DNA from: Eledone cirrhosa
Lineage: Eukaryota
DNA: 64,000 nucleotides
Assembly (NCBI GenBank): GCA_964016885.1
Contig: OZ024758.1
Coordinates: 32,798,001 to 32,862,000, forward strand
Direction of reading: 5' to 3'
Shown: one piece after another, positions 1-12,039 of the stretch
How positions within the stretch are numbered: the first letter of the stretch is position 1
Layout of the letters: each line of letters opens with the position of its first letter
Program-made: the position numbers and the translations under genes
Notes under the pieces: generated by a model
Databases searched by the model: none
The model's input: only the letters and a program-made list of their open reading frames with translations
Told to the model about the DNA's origin: nothing

Positions 1-1320
1 GTGTCAGGCAAAAGTACCACAGACGCTCTTTTCATAGTACGACAACTACAGGAGAAGTACCTAGCTAAAGGTAAACCCCTCTACTTAGCTTTTGTCGACT
101 TGGAGAAAGCCTTCGACAGAGTCCCCCGCTCCATTATCTGGTGGGCTCTTAGAAAACTAGGCGTTGACGAATGGCTTGTGAGGGCTATACAAGCCATGTA
201 TAAAGAAACAGTCAGCAAGGTTAGAATTAACAACGAATATAGTGAAGAGTTTAGCGTAAAAGTTGGCGTCCATCAGGGCTCTGTTCTCAGCCCACTACTA
301 TTTATTATTGCCCTTCAGGCTATAACAGAGGAGTTCAAGACAGGCTGCCCATGGGAACTCCTATACGCAGACGACCTGACACTCATAGCGGAATCAATGG
401 CCGAGCTAGAGAAGAAATTCCAAACATGGAAGCACGGCTTAGAGTCAAAAGGACTTAAAATTAACCTGGCTAAGACCAAAGTACTAGTTTGTAGGAAAGA
501 AAACAAGGCGGCGGTCCCTTCTGGGAAATGGTCGTGCTCGGTGTGTAGGAAAGGCGTAGGTAGAAACTCCATTTTATGTCCTAAATGCAAAGTATGGGTG
601 CATAAAAGATGTAGTGGGATCACAGGTAAGCTAACTAAGAACATAGATTTTACATGTGGCCGGTGCTCTGGTGCAATAAGTAGCAGCAAGTGCCCACAAA
701 ATACTAGCTCTTTCAATTGCGCAGAGGGTTCTATAGAAATAGTGGACAGCTTCCGTTACCTGGGCGATAAAATCAGCAGTGGGGGAGGGTGCTCTGAAAG
801 TACTGTAGCTAGAGTCAGAACTGGTTGGAAAAAGTTCAGAGAGCTTATACCACTATTAGCTGCTAAAGGGTTCTCACTAAAAATGAAAGGCAGGTTGTAC
901 GATGCCTGCATACGAACAGCAATGCTGCATGGCAGTGAGACCTGGGCATTGTGTGCAGAGGATATACGCAGACTAGAGAGGAACGAAGCTTGCATGCTCC
1001 GCTGGATGTGTAACAGTAATATACGTGAACGGCAAAGCATAAACGAACTAAGGAAAAAATTAGAGATAAGAGGGATCAGATGTTGTTTACTCGAGAGAAG
1101 GCTACGTTGGTATGGACACGTGATGCGCATGAAAGTCGATAGCTGTATAACAAAGTGCAGGGCAATAAAGATAGACGGTAGTCACGGAATAGGCAGACCT
1201 AGAAAAACCTGGGACGAGCTGATAAACTCCGACCTCACACACTTACACCTCTCCAAGACAATGTCACTGGACCGAGACCTTTGGCGGTACTCAGTAACAG
1301 AGAAGACCCGCCTTACCTAA
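1..1320 (+). CDS. RTE-type LINE reverse transcriptase ORF (5'-incomplete) with embedded PHD-type zinc finger
   Basis: Uninterrupted 439-aa frame with RT motifs AFVDLEKAFDRV, GVHQGSVLSPLLF, LLYADD and FRYLG, the RTE-type C-terminus RRLRWYGHVMRM..GRPRKTW, and a C4HC3 pattern CSVC..CPKC..HKRC..CGRC. Confidence 0.9.
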   Translation: MSGKSTTDALFIVRQLQEKYLAKGKPLYLAFVDLEKAFDRVPRSIIWWALRKLGVDEWLVRAIQAMYKETVSKVRINNEYSEEFSVKVGVHQGSVLSPLLFIIALQAITEEFKTGCPWELLYADDLTLIAESMAELEKKFQTWKHGLESKGLKINLAKTKVLVCRKENKAAVPSGKWSCSVCRKGVGRNSILCPKCKVWVHKRCSGITGKLTKNIDFTCGRCSGAISSSKCPQNTSSFNCAEGSIEIVDSFRYLGDKISSGGGCSESTVARVRTGWKKFRELIPLLAAKGFSLKMKGRLYDACIRTAMLHGSETWALCAEDIRRLERNEACMLRWMCNSNIRERQSINELRKKLEIRGIRCCLLERRLRWYGHVMRMKVDSCITKCRAIKIDGSHGIGRPRKTWDELINSDLTHLHLSKTMSLDRDLWRYSVTEKTRLT

Positions 1321-1719
1321 ATATATAGTAAAACCTACTCCAGCCAGTAGGCATCTCTAACAAAATACACCCCGTCCCACCACCACCACCCCCACCCCAT
1401 CCACACCACCCCGTTCTATGTAAAGTTATGTTGGTGCCGCGCCATCGAGGCCGAAACAAATGAGATCGTGTAGGTGTCACGACAAAAAAACACACAGTCC
1501 ACGCTGTAATGTGGCCGTGTAGGCAACACGGTAAAAACCTCCCAGACCCACACTGTAAATGTGGTTGGTGTTAGGAAGGGCATCCAACTGTAGAAAACCT
1601 GCCAGACAGTCCTATGCGAGCAAGACAATCACTCTTGCCTCAAGTGGGACTACCCCCCGTCCAAACCCATGCAAGCGTGGAACACGGACGTTAAACGTTG
1701 ATGATGATGATGATGATGA
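1..1719 (+). mobile_element. RTE-type LINE copy 1 including 3' UTR and (GAT)n tail
   Basis: ORF followed by a 3' UTR ending ...cccatgcaagcgtggaacacggacgttaaacgtt(gat)n; this tail is shared by other copies in the window. Confidence 0.88.
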
Positions 1720-1760
1720 TATATATATATATATAGTGCGTATATATAGTGTTAGTCGAA

Positions 1761-1938
1761 CCAAAGAGGGCGCAATAAGGATAAATATATATCAAATATA
1801 TAAGAACCCTAGAGCAAATATTGTTCTCATTTCTGACATATTATCTTCGCTTTTTTCCGTTCATTGCCAGGGAATGTCTTCACGAACCAAAGTATCGTCT
1901 TCCCGTTTTCCTTCAGTTGCAATGTTTTTCGAAATATT
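1761..1938 (+). mobile_element. Short derivative joining both flanks of the Penelope-like element
   Basis: 1761-1816 matches 36306-36361, and about 1820-1938 matches about 38672-38799. Confidence 0.7.
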
Positions 1939-2057
1939 CTTATGTTTTCATAATGTCGTAATGCAGACAGACAGACATACATACAGATATTATAAGAGTG
2001 CGGCGTGATAGCTATGTATCTATCTAAAAAGACAGACTAAGAAAAAGAGAGATGGCT

Positions 2058-2174
2058 AACCGGCGCCTAGGGCATTGAAAATATGAAATATTACATGTGT
2101 AAAGTTTGAAAACAATCGGTTGGGTGGTTCTCGAGTTTTAGACAGACAGACATTCTCTGTTTCAGATATATAGA
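2058..2174 (-). mobile_element. Helitron-like non-autonomous element, 5' fragment
   Basis: Minus strand reads a|TCTATATATCTGAAACAGAGAATGTCTGTCTGTCT...ccgattgttttcaaactttacac, typical of the 5' end of non-autonomous Helitron-like elements. Confidence 0.45.
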
Positions 2175-2257
2175 TATTAAAGCTACGGCTTCATATCTTA
2201 AATGTTTACATGTAAGCATACTGTGTTGTTGTTACCACCACCACCACCGCCGCCACC

Positions 2258-2706
2258 ACGACACCTACACGACCTCATTTGTTTCGGGCTGGATGTTGTG
2301 GTACCAACATAACTTCACATTTAAGGGGGTGGTGTGAAGGGACGGGGGTGTATTTTGTTAGAGGTGCCTACTGACTGTAGGTTTTGCTTTGTACTTAGGT
2401 AAGGCGGGTCTTCTCTGTTACTGAGTACCGCCAAAGATCTCGGTCCAGTGACATTGTCTTGGAGAGCTGTAAGTGTGTGAGGTCGGAATTTATCAAGTCG
2501 TCCCAGGTTTTTCTGGGTCTGCCTACTCCGTGGCTACCGTCTATCTTTATTGCCCTGCACTTTTTTATACAGCTGTCGTCTTTCATGCGCATCACATGAC
2601 CATACCAACGTAGTCTTCTCTCGAGTAAACAACATCTGATCCCTCTTATTTCTAATTTCTCCCTTAGTTCGTTTATGCTTTGCCGTTCATGTATATTACT
2701 ATTACA
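2258..2706 (-). mobile_element. RTE-type LINE copy 2, 5'-truncated
   Basis: ORF 2395-2718 is nearly identical to the C-terminus of 1..1320; part of the 3' UTR is also present. Confidence 0.9.
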
Positions 2707-2734
2707 CAATATATACATATATATATAATATATT

Positions 2735-3140
2735 AATTATAGGAAATTGTTCAAGACCCGACGGCAGAGCTCAAGCCACTCTACTACCCTAAGTATTGAG
2801 TACTCTGGTGCGTTATGGTCCACTTGGTTCCTTACCACACTTCCTTCATAATATATATATATATGTAGTACATATATACATATTATACATACATGTATAT
2901 ATACATATTATATATATACATATAATATATATATATAGTACATATATACATATTATACATATGTATATAATATATATAATATATATACTATTTCTGGACT
3001 GAGTCCAGAAATAGCCATCGAAACGGCTTGAGCTCTGCCGTCGGGGTTAAACTTTTTCCTATTACCCACTCTACTTCCCTAAGTATTGAGTACTCTGGTG
3101 CGTTATGGTCCATCTTGTTCCTTACCACACTTCCTTCGTT
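2735..3140. mobile_element. Penelope pLTR-like fragments in direct and inverted arrangement around (TA)n
   Basis: 2776-2847 is repeated at 3066-3137; 2737-2777 is inverted at 3023-3062; a partial hammerhead-like fold lies at 2988-3040. Confidence 0.5.
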
Positions 3141-3171
3141 ATATATATATATATATTAAAATAACAGGTTA

Positions 3172-3224
3172 AAGTTTAAGCAATGAATCGCTGCTTTAAC
3201 CCTTAATGGGATCTTCTGAAACTT
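3172..3224 (-). ncRNA. Type I hammerhead-ribozyme-like fold with a variant core
   Basis: Minus strand AAGTTT-CAGAAGA-tCCC attaa GGGt-TAAA-GCA..TGC-TT-AAACTT, with stems I, II and III all pairing; reverse complement of 38832-38877. Confidence 0.5.
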
Positions 3225-4179
3225 ATCGAGCCCTCTTTGGATTTTAGTCTTCACATTTATTATTATTATTATTACTATATATATATATATATATACACAG
3301 ACACAGACATATATATATACATCCATCCATTAGCACATACACAAAAAAATTAACACACCTATATACACAAAATAACACCATTGTAAGCACACTTCTGCCC
3401 TACACATACAAGGTGACAAACTAATTTTAGATAGTAAATTCCAAGTCAGAGATTAAGAAAAGTATTTGATTTAACCAGTTACTGACTGGAGATAATTAAT
3501 CAAAAAACGAAATGCTACATCATGTATTATAACTGTTAAGTGTACTGACTAAAGCTAATTAATTACAAAATAAAATGCTTTATCATGTTGAGCTTTCAAA
3601 TTGTTGTTGCAGCTAAACATTTTGACTTCTGTTAAGGTCTCAAGTGCCTTCACAAAGTATATTGCCTTTTCAAAGGTTGATATGCTTAACAAAGAAAATC
3701 AACTAGTAAATTGTACCTGAAATAATTAACTACAAAGGAAACATTAGTAATCCATAATCTATTGCTGTTTGAAAGTGATAAAGGAGAACTTATTCCATAC
3801 AGATGTTTTCACATCTTTCTACTGTTACACAGCAACATGAATAATTACACTAATGTACAGAGTTCTAGTGTAGCTATGAACTTATAAAGTTATTCAAACT
3901 TCCAGTCAGTTGTTTTAACTTGCCTTATGGTAATATATAATTACATAATACACAACACATTATAATTATTCCATTACCGTTCATCAGACAAAATAATTAA
4001 CATCAGGCAAGATAATTACTTTGTATAACGAATGAGATACTTCTGTAACAATCGTCCAGTTTCTCGAAACCTTCAGTAATGGAATAATTATATTGTGTTG
4101 TTTATTATGTAATTAAATAGCTCTGTACTACACATAGAGCACTCTTCTTTCTTTTACCTTTTCTACGGAACTACTTAAC

Positions 4180-5326
4180 ATCATCATTTAACGTCCATCT
4201 TCCATGCTAGCATGGGTTAGACGGTTTTGTTCCATTTGATGCGGCAATGGTCGGGAGACAGTGTCTTGCTTATACAGAAGTGTCTCTGGCAGGTTTTATA
4301 CGGCTGGATGGTCTTCCTAACATGAACCACATTTACAGCGTCAACTGGGAGCCTTTTCACCCTGTCTCCTACACGGCTACCTTACAGTGTGGACTGTTGT
4401 GTCATCGACACAGTGGACGCAGGGTGGGGTAGGGTGTGTGGGGTGGGATCTACATTGGGTTAAGGGGTGCCTACTGACTGTAGGTTTGTATGTAATGGCA
4501 GTCGGGTCTTCTATACAACTGCATGGCGCAAAAGGTCTCGATTCAGTGTCATTGTCTTAGAGAGGTGTAGGTGGGCAACGTCAGTTTTTATCACCTCGTC
4601 CCAGGTTTTTCTTGGTCTACCCACTCCACAGCTTCCATCAATTTTCATTGCCCTGCACTTTTTTATACAGCTGCCATCCTTCATATGCATCACATGCCCA
4701 TACCAATGCAATCTCCTCTCTAGAACACAACATTTGATACCTCTTATGCTTAGTCTCTCTTTCAATTCGTTTATGCTTCGCCATTCGCGCACGTTACTAT
4801 TACACATCCATCAGAGCATGCAAGCTTCATTTCTTTCTAATCTAGGCAAGTCTTCAGCACACAACACCCAGGTCTCACTACCATGTAATATTGCTGTTCA
4901 TATACAAGCATCGTACAATCTGCCTTGTGGCCAACAGCAGTATTAGCTCTCTGAACTTTTTCCATCCCGTTCTGACTCTGGCTACTGTACTTTCAGAACA
5001 CCCTCCACCACTGCTGATTTTGTCACCCAGATAACGGAAAGTGTCCACTATTTCTATAGAACCATCTGGGCAGTTGAAGGAGCTAGTGTCCTGTGGGCAC
5101 TTGCTATTTATTGCACCTATAAAATCTTGCTATTTATTGCACATATAAAATCTATGTTCTTAGATAGCTTACCTGTGATCCCACTACATCTTTTATGTAC
5201 CCATAATTTGCATTTGGGACATAGAATGAATGGAATTTCTACCTACTCCTTTCCTACACACTGAGCATGGCCATTTCCCAGAGGGCACCTGTGCCCTATT
5301 CTCCTTTCTACATACTAGCACTTTAA
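4180..5326 (-). mobile_element. RTE-type LINE copy 3, decayed with internal deletions
   Basis: Fragments KVLVCRKENRAQVPSGKWPCSVC and RRLHWYGHVMHMKDG..GRPRKTW; tail catcatcatttaacgtcc..ccatgctagcatggg at 4180. Confidence 0.88.
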
Positions 5327-5398
5327 CATATATATATATATATAATAGAAATAATGAGGATGTTTCGTTTACATATAAAAGATATTTATTGTGTATCA

Positions 5399-5490
5399 AT
5401 TTGTTACCCGCATTTCGCAGAGGATTGGCTCAAGGTGACCCACAGGAGTTATGGACCCGACTCCAGTATCGATCTGCTCCTCAGACAGAT
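5399..5490 (-). ncRNA. Type I hammerhead ribozyme candidate in a pLTR-like insert
   Basis: Minus strand ATCTGT-CTGAGGA-GCAGA...TCTGC-GAAA-TGCGG-GTA-ACAAAT with an intact core; AATAAA and (TA)n follow downstream. Confidence 0.6.
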
Positions 5491-5845
5491 GATGTGACAA
5501 AACTATATTTTTGTAGTGGTATGTAGGCTGAGAGGGTATATATATGTAGGCATCAGCCCTATTTTTTTGTGTTGTAATTGGTGGGGCAGCTATGCAAGTG
5601 TGTAGTCACAGATATTTGTGTACATGTTTGCACAAGTGCACGAGCATTAAGGATTTAATTGTGTATGTGCATGTGTGGGCACATTTTGGAATGCGTTTTG
5701 GTCATTCAATGACTTGCTTTGGTGTAAACAGGAAGCTGAAAATGGGGGGGGGGGGGGGTGACCCGCTTGGATGACCTGGTGCTAGTTCATTGTACCATCA
5801 TTGTTTAACGTCCATTTTCCACGCTAGCATGGTTTAGACACGATC

Positions 5846-7271
5846 TCGAGAAACCCTTTGACAGATTCCCCCGTTCTATCGTGGTCTGGTGGTCTCTTAG
5901 AAAACTAGGAGTAGATGAATGGCTTGTGAAAGCTGTACAAGACATGTATAGGGGAGCAGTCAGCAAAGTTAGGATTAGCAATGAGTATAGCGAGGAATTT
6001 AGCATACAGGTCGGTATCTACCAGGGCTATGTTCTTAGCCCTCTCCTGTTCATCATAGTCCTGCAGGCAATAACGGAGGAGTTTAAGAAGGATGCCCATG
6101 GGAACTCCTGTATGCTGATGACCTTGCACTTACAGCTGAATCTATGGAAGAACTAGAGAACAAATTCCAAACATGGAAGCAGGGACTAGAAAGAAAGGGT
6201 CTCAAAGTCAACCTGACAAAGACTAAGGTCCTTGTAAGTAGACGAGAAAACAGAACCCAGATCCCCTCAGGGAAATGGCCTTGCTCAGTATGTAGGAAAG
6301 GTGTGGGTAGGAACTCCATCCTCTGCCCCAAATGCAAACAATGGGTACACAAGAGATGTAGTGGGATCCCAGGAAACTTAACTAAGAATGTAGGCTTCAC
6401 ATGTAGCAGCTACGCTGGGACAGCAAGCAGCACAGGAAACAAGTACCACCAAACTCTGGGAGGGCTATGTAGAAACAGTAGACAGCTTCTGTTACCTAGG
6501 TGACCGAATTAGCAGCGGAGGTGGGTGTTCGGAAAGTACAATAACTAGGATAAGAACGGGATGGAAGAAGTTCAGGGAGCTACTGCCACTGCTAGCTACA
6601 AAAGGCTTCTCCCTCAAAATGAAGGGCAGACTGTATGATGTGTGTATACGAACAGCAATGTTACATGGTAGTGAGACCTGGGCACCGTCTGTAGAAGACT
6701 TACGTAGATTAGAAAGAAATGAAGCCTGCATGCTCCGATGGATGTGTAACAGTAATATACGTGAACGGCAAAGCATAAATGAATTGAGAGAGAGACTGAG
6801 CATAAGAGGGATCAAATGCTGTGTGCAGGAGAGGAGGTTACGTTGGTATGGACATGTGATGCGTATGAAGGATGGCAGCTGCATAAAAAGATGCAGAGCA
6901 CTAGAAGTTGATGGAAGCCGTGGAGTGGGGAGACCCAAGAAGACCTGGGATGAGGTGATAAAAGTCGACCTTACCCAACTGCACCACTCAAAAGCGATGA
7001 CACACAACCGTGACCTCTGGTGTCACGCAGTAATACAGAAGACCCGACTTTCCACAGGTACAAGCTGAAGCATATAGACAATATGCCCCACCCCCTCCCA
7101 CTGCAAATGAAGTTGGTGTTAGGAAGGGCATCCAGCTGTAGAAATCAAGCCAGAATCAGTTCCCGTATGGGCAAGACAAGGTCAGCCGTCCGGCTACTGC
7201 CCACAACAGAACAACCCGTCTAACCCATGCTAGCATGGAAGAATGGACGTAAAACGGTGATGATGATGATG
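5846..7271 (+). mobile_element. RTE-type LINE copy 4, frameshifted, with 3' UTR and (GAT)n tail
   Basis: ORF pieces 5881-6156, 6144-6503 and 6619-7068 are collinear with 1..1320, including the YADD codons and the CSVC/CPKC/HKRC motifs. Confidence 0.9.
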
Positions 7272-7893
7272 ATATATATAAACTGTCTAACTTCGACATT
7301 CATTTTTCCAAAGTAGCCTGGGTTTGACGGGTTGCCCTCTTGTTTGTGAGAAGCCAGATTATATGACTGTGTATATATATGTGTGTGTGTCTGTGTATAT
7401 ATATATGTGTGTGTGTCTGTGTATATATATATATATACACACACACACACCTATATATACACATACACACACACACACATATATATATAAAGACAAGAAA
7501 CTTGAAAGAAAGGTAAATACTTCAGATTTATAGATTAATTTTATCTCAGTTATCTTGAAGTATCTCCATGGTTATGTGAAAGATAGTAAACCTTCATCCC
7601 ACCCACATGTCACTTCCATGCCTATTATCAACAGCACTGCTTTCATTTTAATACATTAGCATTTCTTATATGCATTATGGAAATGACAGAGCTTGAAATG
7701 AACCAAAAGCTTAGAATTAACATTAGTTCAAATGAATTTTTTTATATTTATTGACCATCTAATTTGTTGAACTAATTTTGTCAGCAAATACAACCTCAAT
7801 AGTATTATGCACATATTCTTGTTTACAGATAATGGCATTTTAAAGATTCATAAAATAGCATCATATTTATAAAGAAGAGAACTAGAAACTGTA

Positions 7894-8083
7894 TGAGGGT
7901 TGGCTGAAAAGTTCTTAGGCTAGCAATGAAGGGGTGATGTTAGAGCTTTGAAATCTTGCATGCATTAATTTCAACCCTTCTTATTAATAGTTGCATTGTT
8001 TCTTTCCAGGGACTACGTTGAAAAATCTTGGTTATTCTATGAGAGTATCTTGGTCATCCTATCAACTATTCAACTGACCCTCA
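7894..8083. mobile_element. Mariner-type MITE
   Basis: TA|TGAGGGTTGGCTGAAAAGTT ... AACTATTCAACTGACCCTCA|TA: imperfect terminal inverted repeats flanked by TA. Confidence 0.7.
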
Positions 8084-8199
8084 TAAGCTGAAACAATTTC
8101 CCTCCTACTCTTTTGTCTGCACATCCTACCCAACACCACACAATTACCACCCATATCAAGGAAAGAATCTTGCACCACACTCTCTTTACATATGAACAA

Positions 8200-8437
8200 A
8201 GACTTTCAACTTACTACAAATGCAAGATTTCAGAATTTCTGGAGGTCTTTCATGGCAATCACAGCCCTGATCAGTTACAAACCCTCTACAAAGTTCATGC
8301 TAGATTCACCTTGGAGTGTTGTTCATATATCTGGGATATGTTGCTGCTACTCACAAACATGTTAGAGAATATCCAAAAGAAGGCCATTTGGTTGATGGCA
8401 AAAATTTGCTAATAAGTATACTACAATAGATATTTTG

Positions 8438-8472
<35 letters not shown>

Positions 8473-8510
8473 CCATGACTACAATGGCCTCTGCCCTTCT
8501 GAACTAGATA
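8200..8510 (+). pseudogene. Old CR1/Jockey-group LINE ORF2 C-terminal fragment
   Basis: QLQTLYKVHARFTLECCSYIWD..LENIQKKAIWL resembles the LYKxxxRPxLEYxSxxW..LExIQxxA motif. Confidence 0.55.
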
Positions 8511-9302
8511 TTTATAATCCTTCAATAAATTACATATTTCACTCTTTCCCCTAATCTTTCTTCTTCAGAACTACAACTTTGTGTAATTCTCCTTCTGCTG
8601 TTTTTCTTCCACTGAAATTAAACTCCCTTCACCTGAATAGGAGGTTCAAAGAAGATGGTGGACCCCCACCATCTCTTCTGATTATCTAAAAATAAAATAA
8701 CTGATTAAAAAAAGTATGAATGGAAATGCTCATATATCTGAGCTGACTATTCAGTCTTTTTGAATGAGATGATAACATAATGCATCCAGTACACTATGTA
8801 AAGTCGTTGGCATTAGGAAAAGCATCCAACCACAGAAACGAAGTAACATATGAAACATAGGAGCAAGACGTGGTCCTCAAAAAAATATCTAAGCGGGGAA
8901 ATAACTCCAAATATGATCTGAGCTGGATTGTGACAAACTGTTGAACCTATGCTAGTGAGGAAAATGAACATAAGTTGATGATGACATTGAGGAGAAGGAA
9001 GAAGTGGATTCTGAAAATTAAATCAGAAATTTTAAATATTATAGTTAAACATATGGGCTAAATTTTAAATGATAATTCAAAAATTGTTTTCTAGAAATGC
9101 AGCAGATACTAACATAATATTTTACAAACTATAATGTTGATAGTTGTAACAAATCAGGTAAAAACATGCATTTGCAGTATCAATTTAACTGGTAGGTGTA
9201 CTATTACATGTTGCAGCCAACAGGCTGAGGCCATGCTGAAGCACCATCATTGATATTAAAGCTATTTTGTTATAATTTTATCAGAAGAGAAAAATCAGTG
9301 AC

Positions 9303-9491
9303 TACATTGAAATTATGTTATAACAAAATTCACAGGGTATAAAAAAAATTTGTTGTTACAAAAAAATGTTTATAAAAAGATCGACCGAAACAAATTGAGC
9401 GTTTGTTTGTTGTTACCTCAGGGATTGAAAAATATTTTGTTATACTGAAAATTTTGTTATAATGGTATTCATTATAACGGAATTTTACCCA
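9303..9491. mobile_element. Degenerate pogo/Tigger-like MITE
   Basis: Imperfect inverted ends tacattgaaattatgttataacaaa ... ttcattataacggaattttac. Confidence 0.4.
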
Positions 9492-11008
9492 TGCAAATTT
9501 TTTTTTTAGAAAGGAAGGTGGATGACTCCAAGACAGGAGTAAGGACATCATCCCCAAACCTGGGACCTGGCCTCAATGCCTGCAATAGAAATGTCTCTGC
9601 TTAAAGCCAGGTGGTGGTGTTTGAAGTATATGAAATAAGTAGACATTGTAAACTGTATAAAGACTTTAGACAGTTATGATTGAATAGATAAGTTTTGTTA
9701 TCTAAATGTAACAATGGAATAAAACATAGCTAAAGGCATTATGTGGATGAAAAATGTTTAGGAGCAATCTTTACATTTGTTGACAACAAAATAACACTCC
9801 ATATAAATCATAAATGTATTTGGCAAGAAAGGGGGCTGCAAAACCACAAAAGAAAAACTACGGATAAATATTCAATGAGAATTCAAAAGACAAGTTAATA
9901 GGGAGTGCGTTGAGAAAGTAACTGGGCATATGATAATGATATGAATATTGCTAGAAAATAGCTGAAGGTAGAGGTGGTGAAAGATGACTTCAAGAAACTA
10001 CATTTTACAAAGGAGATAACAAAGAAAAGAAACAAGTGGAGAGATACTGTACTGAAGAAGACTTGTTTTATCCTAGCAAGCATAGAAAAATGGATACAAA
10101 AAAAATGATGATGATGATTATGGTGTTAAAAATGATGTCTAAGTAGATAATAACTGAAGAAGATGAAGAATTCATTTTAATGCATAATCTAATATATACT
10201 TTGAAACATTACGTCTTCTACTAGAGCTTTGTGAATGAATTTGGGAGAGGAAAACTATAAGAAGCCTGTTTTGTATATATATATATATATATGTAAATAT
10301 ACATAGAGATTAAGAAACACCAAAGAGTCAATATGCTTTTAAACTAACACATGTTTCAGCTGATAGAGCTTCATCCTGAGGATGTGAACTTAGAAAATCT
10401 GAAATTAAAAAAATTCTTTAAGAAAATGCTTTTCCCAAAATTTATCTAAATCTGTGTGCGTGTGTGTGCATATGTATGCGTGCAAGGATGCGAGTTGTTG
10501 CACACATCATATCAGCACTGCTTATAGAAAGCCTGTAGTAACAGTGTTTTTATGTCCCCCATAAATGATGCATCTGGTGGAATAGCTTTTCAACAAAGCA
10601 CTAACAGCATAAGGTATGAGTTGGTGTCAGGATGGCATCCAGTAGTAAAAGAAAACCGATCTCATCCAATCCATGCAAGCAGGTAAAACAAATGCTAGAA
10701 CGATTTTGGTGACAATAAAATAAATTAAAATCATACAGATTTGGAAGATCATGGAATGAATTGAAAGAAAACAAAAATAGTTACGTTATATACAAATATC
10801 CCCACTCATGTAACTTCCACTTACAGTAAGGGTTGGATGGGTCTACATAGACCAAGTCAGTACTGAAATGGGATTACTGAACTCCCAGACAGGCCAGAGA
10901 TCTCAATTCTCACTTATGTACAGTCTCACGTTTTACCAAGTGCACAGGGGAGGTCATCATGTCTTTGACACAACTAAGGGTATTCCCAAATGGGCTAAAC
11001 AGATTTAA

Positions 11009-11348
11009 CCCATTAGCATTTAAACTGGCCGTATCCGGCCTGAATTCTCTCGCCTCTTTCTGTTCAAACTGGCTGTAACTGGTTGTTCATACTGATATTA
11101 AGGTATTGTTCTTAAAATATATAATATCAGAATCTCATAGATTCGATATTATGTGAGGTAAAGCCTTTACTGTGAAAATACAATAGTATATATAGAGTAA
11201 TATAAATGCTATGTGAGATATTATGTGAGGTAAAGCCTTTACTGTGAAAATATAATAGTATATATAGAGTAATATAAATGCTATGTGAGATATAGCCTTT
11301 ACCACAAAAATATAATAGCAAATATAGAGTAATCTAAATGCTAAAGGG
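11009..11348 (+). mobile_element. piggyBac-like MITE with TTAA target duplication
   Basis: TTAA|CCCATTAGCATTT ... AAATGCTAAAGGG|TTAA; contains an internal duplication; at least 8 related copies in the window. Confidence 0.8.
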
Positions 11349-12039
11349 TTAAATGGAACACTAATCTATGGCGTCAGTGTTATTCTGTATGTCTATTATT
11401 GCAAACTAAGAAGGGCTCTCTATGTGACTACTTGACTAGTTAGAAATACCAGTAAACACAACCTCAAATCACAACATTACATATTCAATAAAATATGGTA
11501 TAATGGAAAATATAGATGCACTATGCTTAAAGGAGAGGAAGGACAGGATGATCATGGTTGGAATGCTTTGTTCATGTCAGTTTAATCAGAACTGACTTGA
11601 GGCTAAACAAGAGCAACAATGACTATGCTTATTAGTAGAGTGTTCAGGAGAGTAGTTTGATAAATCTATACTCAATTATCATGTCAACTCCATAAGCAGT
11701 ATTAAGTGCTATCTAAAAGTTTGGAGCTTTTATTGTTAGTTATGCAACCAAATGGAAAAGACAGAAAACAAAACAAAAAAAACAAGTATTTACATTTGTC
11801 CTCTTTGAATTTTCATACATAATTAAAGTTTATGTTTGGTGAAAACACATCAATATTTGTATTAATCATCATCATCATTATTTCATGACTTTACCTTCAT
11901 AATTAAAATTTATATTTGGTGGAAAAGAAAACACATTACATCAATAATGTTGATATCAATCATCATGAACGTCATCACCACCATCATCATCATCATTATC
12001 ATTATATTCTATTATTATTATTGTCATTCCATTTATCTT

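Noticed and set aside
5795-5846. Inverted RTE tail at the 5' end of copy 4 as a twin-priming product
   Set aside because: It differs at several positions from copy 4's own tail, so an independent short insertion is simpler.
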